A stretch of DNA of 29,428 bases from Candidatus Fervidifonticultor quintus (GCA_031459535.1 JAVKIJ010000037.1:1-29428); one strand, 5' to 3'; positions 18,814 through 27,167 are shown, counted from the stretch's first letter. Notes: generated from the sequence alone by a model not told the origin. A program made the numbers and translations.

Positions 18814-20187
18814 CTACTCCACCACCATGAGCTGATCGCGGATCTGCGAGCGCATCTGGCTCTCGACGAACTGCAGCGCCCCCTCTGGCGTCAGCCGGTT
18901 GGTCTCGACCGCCTGGATGGCCTCGTAGATGATCTGGTCGTAGCGGCCGAAGTCCTCGTGGTTGGGAATGAAGGTCGCGTACTCCAGCAGCGGCGTGGCC
19001 CGATTGAGCCACACATGGTTCTTGTACTCCGGCATCTGCACCACGGCCCTGCGGATCGCGATGTGATAGCTGTTCACCGAGTGGATCGCGTTGAGATCGG
19101 CCGATGACGCTTCGGTGACGACGCGGAAGGCCAGGTCCTTCTCCTGGCTGCGGGCGCTGACCACGTAGATGATCGGATGCGAGAGCGTCACGGGCCTGCC
19201 GCCCTTGCGACCTGCCGGGATTAGCATCCAGTCGATCCGGCTGAAGAACTCGGCGGGGTCCCTCGGCACGCCGTAGTCGCGGATGAACTCCCCGCTCTGC
19301 CAGATCCCGCCCATGAAGAACAGGATCTTGCCCTCGGCGCTGAAGGGGCCCAGGATCGACCGCCATGGGATATTGGTCATCCCCGACGGGGTGATCCTGT
19401 ACCTGTGGACGGCGTCGTGGAGGAAGCGCAGGAAGTCCAGCGTGGCCGAGCGGTCGAGGACCAGCCTGCCGCTCCGCTCGTCCTGCAGCCTGCCGCCGAA
19501 GGCCAGGATGATCTGGTAGTAATCGGGCCCGCGGGTTGGCCGGTGGTAGAAGCCCCAGTCGACCAGGCCTCGGTCCTTGACCTGCTGGGCCAGTTCCGCC
19601 ATGTCGGTGAGGGTAAAGTCGCCCTTCTCGACCCGACCCGGCAGGCCCCTGATCTGCGCATCTGACCAGCCGAACTGCCTGAGGCGGTCGATGCGGAAGT
19701 AGACCATCCTGGCCTCGGTGTCCTGGGGGATCCCGTAGATGCGTCCCCGGTGCTTCACGGAGGTCCACTGAGACGGGAAGAAGTCGTTATAGGTCTCGGG
19801 GTACTTCTTAATGAGGTCATCGAGAATCAGCGCGTGGCCAGCCTTGGCGAACATCCCCACGAACTCGTGGGCGATGGCGTAGATATCCGGGCCTTCACCT
19901 GCCGCAAAGGCACGCATGAGCCGGGTCGTCTCCTCGGCCCAGCCAGGTGTCGGGGGCTCTTCGAGCTGCAGGCGGATGGTGACGTCGGACAACTTGGGGT
20001 TGAGCCGCTCCACCGCCCGCTTGAGGTTGACCGCGCGATCCGGCCCACTGGCGTCGGCACGCACCGCAGCACGGATGAGCACTTCGCGCCGCGGCTGGCC
20101 CAAGGCTCCAGGACCCACAGCGGCCACCAGCGCACTGACGAGCACCGCGGCCACGGCGTACAGCCACGTCCGGCGACACGTGCACAT
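18814..20187 (-). CDS. Carbohydrate ABC transporter substrate-binding protein
   Basis: N-terminal signal peptide; GEGPDI and IYGIPQD motifs; GAGGAG RBS; first gene of the ABC operon. Confidence 0.9.
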   Translation of the reverse strand: MCTCRRTWLYAVAAVLVSALVAAVGPGALGQPRREVLIRAAVRADASGPDRAVNLKRAVERLNPKLSDVTIRLQLEEPPTPGWAEETTRLMRAFAAGEGPDIYAIAHEFVGMFAKAGHALILDDLIKKYPETYNDFFPSQWTSVKHRGRIYGIPQDTEARMVYFRIDRLRQFGWSDAQIRGLPGRVEKGDFTLTDMAELAQQVKDRGLVDWGFYHRPTRGPDYYQIILAFGGRLQDERSGRLVLDRSATLDFLRFLHDAVHRYRITPSGMTNIPWRSILGPFSAEGKILFFMGGIWQSGEFIRDYGVPRDPAEFFSRIDWMLIPAGRKGGRPVTLSHPIIYVVSARSQEKDLAFRVVTEASSADLNAIHSVNSYHIAIRRAVVQMPEYKNHVWLNRATPLLEYATFIPNHEDFGRYDQIIYEAIQAVETNRLTPEGALQFVESQMRSQIRDQLMVVE

Positions 20188-20279
20188 AAGTTCACTCCTC
20201 CTCTCGAGGAAAAGGGATCAGGGTGTGCACACGCACGACAGGAGCCGTACCGCGAGAGCGCATCGCGCCCCCACAGCCA

Positions 20280-20285
20280 ATTATA
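20280..20285 (-). promoter_or_regulatory. Consensus -10 box (TATAAT) for the ABC operon
   Basis: Perfect TATAAT on the minus strand about 90 nt upstream of the SBP start in otherwise GC-rich DNA; no clear -35. Confidence 0.55.
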
Positions 20286-20372
20286 CACCGGACGAAGGAG
20301 TTGCCCTGCCGCAGCGAAGTCTGTGACGGGGCCAGAGAATGAAACCGCCAGCCCCAGGAGGAGGCATGCATC

Positions 20373-20825
20373 GTGCGCGAACTGCTGCTCTACGGGCTGA
20401 GGGCGACGCACACCCGTCTGCAACGGTGCCTGGAAGATCTTACCGACGAGGAAGCCCGCATGACGCCCGCGGGCCTCAGCCCTATCATCTGGCAGGCCGG
20501 CCACGTGGCTACCACGGATTTCGCGTTTGCGCGGCGCGCAGACGGCCGGACCGAGGCGCCGGCCGGGTATGCCGACTTGTTCCAGGTGGGGACCGGCGGG
20601 GACGCCGCCTACCCTCCCCTCGCAGACGTCCGGAGCGCAGTGGACCGGGCACAGCAGGTGCTGGAAGAGCTGGCCGGGTCGGTCACCCTCGAGATGGCGG
20701 TCGACGGCCGCAACTACCGCACCGCGGGCGAAATGCTGGTCTTCGCGGTCTATCACCGCGGCTACCACGTCGGCAAAGCTGCGACGTTACGGGCCCTGCT
20801 GAAGAAACCCAGGCTGTTCGGCTAG
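20373..20825 (+). CDS. DinB-family protein
   Basis: I.WQAGHVA and YHRGYHVG motifs; GTG start 8 nt after GGAGGAGG. Confidence 0.8.
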   Translation: MRELLLYGLRATHTRLQRCLEDLTDEEARMTPAGLSPIIWQAGHVATTDFAFARRADGRTEAPAGYADLFQVGTGGDAAYPPLADVRSAVDRAQQVLEELAGSVTLEMAVDGRNYRTAGEMLVFAVYHRGYHVGKAATLRALLKKPRLFG

Positions 20826-22312
20826 CGCCCAGCGAGCTGCCCCGAGGCTCCGCTTCTCTGGGCCAGCTGCGCCACGCTCCCGGCCGGGGCCGTGGCGGTG
20901 GCGGCCAGGCCGGCCGTTGCCGCCACGAAGGCGATGACGAACACGCCGCCGATGGCGTCCCCCAGCGCGCCGCGCAGCGCCGCGTCCATCGCCGCCCCGG
21001 CCGAGGAGCGGCCCAGCGGGTCCAGCAGCCGGTGGAGCGAGAGGCCGGCGGGATCCAGCCCCCGGGCGGCCAACGCGCCGGCCAGCCGGAGCGCCAGCAC
21101 CGCCCCCATGACGTTGACGCCGATCGCGCCGCCGATGCTGCGGGCGAACTGCAGCGTGGAGGTGGCGGTGCCCAGGTGCCGACGCGCCACCGCCGTCTGC
21201 ACCGCGATGGTCAGCGAGGGCACGGACAGACCCATGCCGATGCCCATCAGGGTCAGGTCCACCATGAGGGTCGCCTGGCTTGCGTGGGGGCCGACCCGCG
21301 ACATCAACAACGCGCCGACAGTCAGCGAGGCCATGCCGCTGACCGCCAGGGTGCGGTAGCCAATTCTCAGCAGCAGACGGCTGCCCGTGACACTGGCCAC
21401 CACCCAGCCCAGCATGAACGGTGTCAGGGTGGCGCCGGCGGCGGTGGCCGTGGTGCCCAGCACCGCCTGCACGAACAGGGGCACGAAGGCGATGCTGCCG
21501 AACATCGCGAACCCGGCCAGCAGCCCGTGGGCGCTGGCGGCGGCGAACAGCCGATCGCGGAACAGCGGGATCGGCAGCACCGGCTCTGCCGCCCGACGCT
21601 CGACCGCCCACAGGGCCGTCGCCAGGACCGCCGCCAGCGCGATCAGCATGGCGCCCCCCGACGTGCGCAGGGCAAACAGACCCAGCAACAGCGCCACCAC
21701 GCTGGAGGACAGGAGACCGGCGCCCAGGTAGTCCACGCGCGCCGGTCCCGCGGCACGAGCCTCGTCCACCCAGAAGAACCAGATCAGCGCCGCCGCCAGC
21801 AACCCCGGAAACACGTTGATGTAGAAGATCCAGGGCCAGGACACCTGGTCGACCAGGAATCCGCCCAGCAGAGGCCCGACGATCGATGACAGGCCCCAGA
21901 CGCCGGAGAAGAGGCCCTGCATGCGCGCGCGCTGCTCATAGTTGTAGAGCGCACCGACGATGGTGAAGGCCAGGGGCAGGATGCCGCCGGCACCCAGGCC
22001 CTGGAGCACCCGGAAGGCGATGAGCTGCCCCATGCTCTGCGCCTGCCCACACAGCAGCGAGCCGGCGAGGAACAGACCCATGGCCACGGCGTACACCGGC
22101 CGCCGGCCGAGCTGGTCGGAGAGCTTGCCGAAGATCGGTACCGTGGTGGTCGAGGCCAGCAGGTACCCGGAGAAGACCCAGGCGTAGATGGAGAGCCCGC
22201 CGAGCTGGCCCACGATGGTCGGCATCGCCGTCGCGACCACGGTGCCCTCCATCGCCGCCAGGAACATGCTGAGCATGACGCCCAGCGTGACCAGCGCCCG
22301 GGACCTGGACAC
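20822..22312 (-). CDS. MFS drug:H+ antiporter (DHA2/MDR, 14-TMS type)
   Basis: MFLAAME.TVV.TAMPTI, GKLSD..GRR, R..QGLGAGG, GP..GG and W.WIFYIN motifs. The start is GTG 22312 (GAAGAGG RBS) or GTG 22339. Confidence 0.92.
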   Translation of the reverse strand: MSRSRALVTLGVMLSMFLAAMEGTVVATAMPTIVGQLGGLSIYAWVFSGYLLASTTTVPIFGKLSDQLGRRPVYAVAMGLFLAGSLLCGQAQSMGQLIAFRVLQGLGAGGILPLAFTIVGALYNYEQRARMQGLFSGVWGLSSIVGPLLGGFLVDQVSWPWIFYINVFPGLLAAALIWFFWVDEARAAGPARVDYLGAGLLSSSVVALLLGLFALRTSGGAMLIALAAVLATALWAVERRAAEPVLPIPLFRDRLFAAASAHGLLAGFAMFGSIAFVPLFVQAVLGTTATAAGATLTPFMLGWVVASVTGSRLLLRIGYRTLAVSGMASLTVGALLMSRVGPHASQATLMVDLTLMGIGMGLSVPSLTIAVQTAVARRHLGTATSTLQFARSIGGAIGVNVMGAVLALRLAGALAARGLDPAGLSLHRLLDPLGRSSAGAAMDAALRGALGDAIGGVFVIAFVAATAGLAATATAPAGSVAQLAQRSGASGQLAGR

Positions 22313-22329
22313 GCGCGCAGCCTCTTCGG

Positions 22330-23517
22330 CTAACCGCACACGTCGCGGAAGACCCGCAGGAAGTTCAACCCCAGGAGCTTGCGCAGCTCGTCCTCATCGA
22401 ACCCCCACCTGGCCAGCGCCACGGTGAGGTTGGGCCAGTCGCCGAAGTTCTCGTAGCCGTTCAGATGATAGTCAGGCGTCAACCGGTGTTCTTCCTTGCG
22501 GAACCCGCTCCAGTCGAACGTTCCCGGGCGCCGGTCGGGCATGGTCTTCGGGTACTCGATCATGGAATCGGTCCCCGGGCCGGGTCCTGCCTTGTCGGTA
22601 CCGATGCCGACATGGTCGATGCCGCACACGTTCACCAGGTGCTCCACGTGCCGGCAGAAGTCGTCCAGCGTCGGTTCCTTGGACTCGGAGAGAAACCCCG
22701 GGATGACCACCACGCCAAAGTAGCCGCCGCGGTCGGCGACGGCCCTGGCCAGCTCGTCGCTCTTGCCGCGGTCATGGTAGCAGATCGCCTTGCTGCTCGA
22801 ATGGGACACCACCACCGGCGCACTGCTGACCTTCAGCGCGTCCCATCCCACCTGCTCGCTGCAGTGCGAGATGTCCACCAGTATCCGGTTGGCGTTGAGC
22901 CGGCGGACAACCTCACGGCCGTAGTAGGAGAGCCCTCCCTGATAGGTCTCGGTGCACCCGTCGCCGACCAGGTTGCGCAGGTTGTAGGTGAGCTGCACCA
23001 TGCGCACGCCGAGATGGCGGAAGTGGTCGATGCGGTCCAGGTCCTCGCCGAAGGGCGTGGTATTCTGGAAGTCCAGCACCAGGCCGTGCTTGCCGGCCCG
23101 GTGGACCTGCTCGATGTCCGCGGCCCGCCGCACCAGCACCAGCTCGCCATCCAGCGCCTCGATGATCGCCAGCGCCAGAGCTATTCGCCTATTGACCAAC
23201 TCGAAGGCCCGCGAAGGCGGTTCGGTGCCCGAATAGCTGGCTGCGGCCACGGTGACACCCGAGCGACGCCACAGGTCCAGATAGGCCTGGCGCGCCTCGG
23301 CGGAGGTGATCAGCTCCTCGGCGGCCATCTCGGCCAAGAGGGGCGCGACCTCTTCCCGCGTCATTCCTCGCAGGGCATAGTCGGCCAGCGCGGACCGCAT
23401 CCGCTCGGTGAAGAGGAACCCGGTCGTGGCCGGTGGCTGCTGGGAATCGATGACCAGCGCCTCCTGGTGGAGCTGGCGAGCCTCGTCTGGGGTCAAGGCT
23501 GGTGTCGCGCGTCTCAT
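22330..23517 (-). CDS. Membrane/renal dipeptidase (peptidase M19)-like protein with degenerate metal ligands
   Basis: GVRMVQLTYN.RN..GDGC, GLS.YG, DISH, SHS and GIDHVGIGTD, LG.NF.RVF motifs; ATG 23517 with a GGAGG RBS. Confidence 0.88.
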   Translation of the reverse strand: MRRATPALTPDEARQLHQEALVIDSQQPPATTGFLFTERMRSALADYALRGMTREEVAPLLAEMAAEELITSAEARQAYLDLWRRSGVTVAAASYSGTEPPSRAFELVNRRIALALAIIEALDGELVLVRRAADIEQVHRAGKHGLVLDFQNTTPFGEDLDRIDHFRHLGVRMVQLTYNLRNLVGDGCTETYQGGLSYYGREVVRRLNANRILVDISHCSEQVGWDALKVSSAPVVVSHSSSKAICYHDRGKSDELARAVADRGGYFGVVVIPGFLSESKEPTLDDFCRHVEHLVNVCGIDHVGIGTDKAGPGPGTDSMIEYPKTMPDRRPGTFDWSGFRKEEHRLTPDYHLNGYENFGDWPNLTVALARWGFDEDELRKLLGLNFLRVFRDVCG

Positions 23518-23640
23518 CTCAACCTCCATCCGAATGTGAGGTGACGGCCTCTGGCCCCTCGGCTGCCATGTGAGCCAGAGCACCATCGCCATGAGAATTT
23601 CGAGGACTAACGCCCGGTGTTCCTGGGCACATCCCCATTG

Positions 23641-23726
23641 AACCTCCGACAAGGGCAAACCCGCCGCGAGGCGGGGACGCAAAGCCACAGGACCCCACGG
23701 GGTCGGCTGGGTTGCCGAAGAGGGTT
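23641..23726 (+). ncRNA. Cyclic di-GMP-I (GEMM-I) riboswitch aptamer
   Basis: AAGGGCAAAC-CCGCC-GCGA-GGCGG-GGACGCAAAGCC...GGGTTGCCGA follows the GEMM-I consensus (GGCAAAC, GNRA-capped P2, GACGCAAAGC, P3, GUUrCCGA); P1 is cctc/gagg. Confidence 0.9.
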
Positions 23727-23759
23727 TCGTGCGGGTCAGCGAAATTCTCTTATCTTTCT
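23719..23759 (+). terminator. Intrinsic terminator forming the riboswitch expression platform
   Basis: Stem agagggtttcg/cgaaattctct (two G-U pairs, which work only on the + strand) followed by U-rich tatctttct. Its 5' arm overlaps the 3' strand of aptamer P1. Confidence 0.7.
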
Positions 23760-23963
23760 GCGGGCGTGCCTGCCCGCAGAGGGGGATGCGCAAGGGCCGT
23801 CGAGAGCCCGCTCGTCGGGGTCACCACGAGGGCGACAGCTCGTGCCCGTGGCCGGAGGGGGCACCTGAAGCGCGTTGCCAGAATCCGCGCGCACCGGACC
23901 CCGGCAGCGGCTCTCGACGGTGTACTCTCCTGCCAGCCCGGCCTCTGAACGCCCTCCCACCTG

Positions 23964-25196
23964 TCACGCGGTCCGCGACGGCGGACCCAGCCCAAAGGTC
24001 GCCGCCGCCAGATCGGCGATGTGCCGTCCGATGGCCAGCGAGGCCGTGGCGGCCGGGGAGGGCGCGTTGAGCACGTGAATGGCCCGCTCGCTCTGCACGA
24101 TGCGGAAGTCGTCCTCCAGTGATCCCTCGGCGCTCACGGCCTGTGCCCTGACACCCGCGCCGCCCCGCACGATGTCGTCGGGTTGGAGGTCGGGCACCAG
24201 GCGCCGCAGCGCCCGGACGAACTCGGCCTTGGAGAGCGACCGCCATACTTCGTACAGCCCGGTCCGCCAGTAGCGCCGCGCCATGCGCCAGAAGCCGGGA
24301 AAGGCCAGGGTGGAGGCCAGTTCACCCAGCGCGATGCGCCCCCACGAGTAGCCCTCGCGGGCGAACGCCAGCACTGCGTTGGGGCCGGCTTCGACGTCGC
24401 CGTGGACCGTTCGCGTGAAGTGCACACCGAGGAAGGGGAACTCGGGGTCGGGCACCGGGTAGATGAGACCCCGCACCAGATGCCGGCGCGGCGGCCGGAT
24501 CAGGTAGTACTCACCACGGAAAGGCACGATGCGCACGTCAGGTCGCGCGCCCGCCAGTCGCGCAACCACATCCGCATAGAGCCCCGCACAATTGATCAGG
24601 TACCGCGCGCAGACCTCCCGAGTCGCGGCACGGACGATGAGCCCGTCGCTGCGGCGCGCGACCCTGTTGACCCGAGCGCCGGTCCAGATGGCCACGCCGC
24701 GGCGGCGACCCTCCTCGGCCATGGCGCTGACGACCTCGGTGAAGTCCAGGCTGGCCGTGCGCGGTGAGTGAATGGCGCGCAGGCCCGAGGCGTGAGGCTC
24801 GATCTCGCGCAGGCGCTGGGGGCCCACCAGCTCGATGTCCGGCACGCCGTTGGCCACACCGCGCCGGTAGAGCTCCTCAAGCCGCGGCTGCTCCCGCTCG
24901 TCTGTGGCGACGATCACCTTGCCGGTCTCCACCACGCGGATGTGGTGCTCGGCACAGAATTCCCGCATCAACCGTGCGCCCTCGACGCACAGGCGCGCCT
25001 TGTACGAGCCTGGCCGGTAGTAGATGCCCGAGTGCAGGACGCCGCTGTTATGGCCGCTCTGGTGGCGGCCCGGTTCAGGCTCCTTCTCGAACACCACGAG
25101 CCGCAGCCCGGGAAACCGCAGGATCAGCGCCCTGGTGGTTGCGAGCCCGACGATACCGCCCCCGACAATGGCAATGTCACAGACGGAATCAGCCAT
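23964..25196 (-). CDS. lhgO: L-2-hydroxyglutarate oxidase/dehydrogenase (FAD-dependent)
   Basis: VGGGIVG, HQSGHNSGVLHSGIYY.PGS.KA, PFRGEY, IYPVPDP.FPFLGVH, AGVRAQA and NAPSPAATASL motifs. Confidence 0.93.
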   Translation of the reverse strand: MADSVCDIAIVGGGIVGLATTRALILRFPGLRLVVFEKEPEPGRHQSGHNSGVLHSGIYYRPGSYKARLCVEGARLMREFCAEHHIRVVETGKVIVATDEREQPRLEELYRRGVANGVPDIELVGPQRLREIEPHASGLRAIHSPRTASLDFTEVVSAMAEEGRRRGVAIWTGARVNRVARRSDGLIVRAATREVCARYLINCAGLYADVVARLAGARPDVRIVPFRGEYYLIRPPRRHLVRGLIYPVPDPEFPFLGVHFTRTVHGDVEAGPNAVLAFAREGYSWGRIALGELASTLAFPGFWRMARRYWRTGLYEVWRSLSKAEFVRALRRLVPDLQPDDIVRGGAGVRAQAVSAEGSLEDDFRIVQSERAIHVLNAPSPAATASLAIGRHIADLAAATFGLGPPSRTA

Positions 25197-25278
25197 GCTA
25201 TCTGTGTTCTGCCGGGCGGGAGGCCTCCCTCCTGCGCGGGACTCTGCGATGGGCCGTCGAGGCGGGTCAGGCTGAGAG

Positions 25279-25287
25279 TGGTATGAT
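25279..25287 (+). promoter_or_regulatory. Extended -10 promoter (TGnTATGAT) for the GuaB-like gene
   Basis: tggtatgat in the divergent intergenic region; it abuts the ORF-track ATG at 25288. Confidence 0.6.
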
Positions 25288-25341
25288 ATGCATCCGGGGA
25301 CGGCGCGGAACGGACGGGCTCAATCCCTGGGAGCGGAACCC

Positions 25342-26784
25342 TTGCAGGAGCACGCGATTCGGCTCGGCTTGACATTCGACGACGTCCTGCTGGTGCCCAA
25401 GCGGTCCGACGTGACCAGCCGGGCGCAGGTGGACACGTGTAGCAAGTTCTCGCGGCGCATCGACGTGGCCATTCCCATCGTCAGCGCCAACATGGACGCG
25501 GTGACCGAGAGTGAGATGGCCATCGCCATGGCCCGTGAGGGTGCCATTGGAGTCATCCACCGGTTCCTGACCGTGGACCAGCAGGTCGCGGAGGTCCGGA
25601 AAGTCAAACGGGCAGAAACCATCGTCATCGAGCGGCCCTACGTCTTCGGCCCGACGCGCACGGTGCGCGACGCCGTGGCCTTCATGGAAGAGCACGGCTC
25701 CGCAGGCCTGCTGGTTGTCGATGGCAACGACCAATTGCTGGGCCTGGTGACCGCCCGCGACCTGCTCTTCGCCGAAGATCCGACCAGGCCGTTGGCGTCG
25801 GTCATGACCCCGCGGGAACGGCTGATCACCGCGCCGCCGGGGATCGGCCTCGAGGAGGCCCGCCGGATCCTGCACGAGCATCGCATCGAGAAGCTGCCGC
25901 TGGTGGACAGCGAGGGCCGGCTGCGGGGCCTGATCACCAGCCGAGACATCCAGAGCCGGCTGAAGTACCCTCGGGCCACCAAGGATGCCAAGGGCAGGCT
26001 CCGGGTAGGGGCGGCCATCGGCGTGCGGGGCGACTACCTGGAGCGCGCCGAGGCGCTGGTGGCCGAAGGGGTCGATGCCCTGGTCCTCGATGTGGCGCAC
26101 GGTCACACCGAGGCGACCCTTCGGGCGCTGGAACGCCTGCGCGAGCGCTTCGCCGACGTGGACTTGGTTGCCGGGAACGTGGCGACGGCGGAGGGGACGC
26201 GCGATCTCATCGAGCGTGGGGCCGACGCGGTGAAGGTCGGGGTCGGCCCGGGGTCCACCTGCACCACGCGCATCGTCACCGGCGCTGGCGTGCCGCAGTT
26301 GACGGCCATCATGGACTCGGCCCGGGCCGCACGTGGCAGCGGGGTCCCCATCATCGGCGACGGCGGCATTCGCAACTCGGGGGACATCACCAAGGCACTC
26401 GCCGCAGGTGCCGCCACCGTGATGCTGGGCAACTTGCTGGCCGGGACCGCAGAGAGCCCGGGCGCGCTCATCATCCGCAACGGGCGGCAGTACAAGACGT
26501 ACCGCGGGATGGCCAGCCTGTGGGCATCGGTTCGTCGGCAGGCCCTCGACGCGCCGGTGGAAGACGAAGACCTCACTCAGATCGTCGCCGAGGGCGTCGA
26601 GGCTTCCGTGCCCTACCGCGGCAAGGCCGCCGATGTCCTGGCACAGCTGGTCGGTGGCCTCCGCTCGGGGATGAGCTACTGCGGCGCGCACACCATCCGC
26701 GAGTTGCAGGAGCGCGCGGAGTTCATCCGGATCACCCAAGCCGGTATGAAAGAGAGCCTGCCGCACGACATCGAACCGGCGTGA
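25342..26784 (+). CDS. IMP dehydrogenase/GMP reductase family enzyme with tandem CBS domains (GuaB-like; possibly a GMP reductase)
   Basis: [20 protein letters not shown] pair, [17 protein letters not shown] catalytic Cys loop, DGGI, YRGMAS and LRSGMSYCG motifs. The start is probably TTG 25342 (GGGAG RBS). Confidence 0.9.
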   Translation: MQEHAIRLGLTFDDVLLVPKRSDVTSRAQVDTCSKFSRRIDVAIPIVSANMDAVTESEMAIAMAREGAIGVIHRFLTVDQQVAEVRKVKRAETIVIERPYVFGPTRTVRDAVAFMEEHGSAGLLVVDGNDQLLGLVTARDLLFAEDPTRPLASVMTPRERLITAPPGIGLEEARRILHEHRIEKLPLVDSEGRLRGLITSRDIQSRLKYPRATKDAKGRLRVGAAIGVRGDYLERAEALVAEGVDALVLDVAHGHTEATLRALERLRERFADVDLVAGNVATAEGTRDLIERGADAVKVGVGPGSTCTTRIVTGAGVPQLTAIMDSARAARGSGVPIIGDGGIRNSGDITKALAAGAATVMLGNLLAGTAESPGALIIRNGRQYKTYRGMASLWASVRRQALDAPVEDEDLTQIVAEGVEASVPYRGKAADVLAQLVGGLRSGMSYCGAHTIRELQERAEFIRITQAGMKESLPHDIEPA

Positions 26785-26822
26785 CCCGCCCCAGCGGAGA
26801 TGCCTGACTCAGGGGGGACGCT

Positions 26823-27167
26823 ATGGCATCGCTGAGCGAGATGAAGTGCACGGCCTGCCGCGCCGGCGAACCGACCGTCACTGACGTCGAAGCCGCGCAG
26901 CTGCACCTCCAGGTGCCGGACTGGCAGATCGTCGAGCGCGACGGCATCAAGCGCCTCGAGCGCGTCTTCAGGTTCCCCAACTTCGCCGAAGCCCTGAAGT
27001 TCACCGACGCCGTGGGCGCGCTGGCCGAGGAGGAAGGTCACCATCCGGCGCTGCTCACCGAATGGGGCCGTGTGACCGTGACCTGGTGGACCCACAAGAT
27101 CCGCGGGCTCCACCGCAACGACTTCGTCATGGCTGCCAAGACCGACCGGCTGTACAGCCGCACATAG
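26823..27167 (+). CDS. phhB: Pterin-4-alpha-carbinolamine dehydratase
   Basis: C.AC N-terminus; F.F.NF..A, AE.EGHHP and WWTH.I.GLH.NDF.MAA motifs. Confidence 0.93.
   Translation: MASLSEMKCTACRAGEPTVTDVEAAQLHLQVPDWQIVERDGIKRLERVFRFPNFAEALKFTDAVGALAEEEGHHPALLTEWGRVTVTWWTHKIRGLHRNDFVMAAKTDRLYSRT

Noticed and set aside
23518-23793. 92-aa N-terminal extension of the dipeptidase in the ORF track
   Set aside because: It is the antisense reading of the riboswitch region; a GGAGG RBS supports ATG 23517.
23797-23920. tRNA or tRNA-Sec in the cloverleaf-like segment
   Set aside because: No TTCGA T-loop, D-loop pattern or CCA end on either strand.
25288-25341. ORF-track start ATG 25288 for the GuaB-like gene
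   Set aside because: It abuts the probable -10 box, so it would lie upstream of the transcription start; TTG 25342 has an RBS and gives a typical N-terminus.
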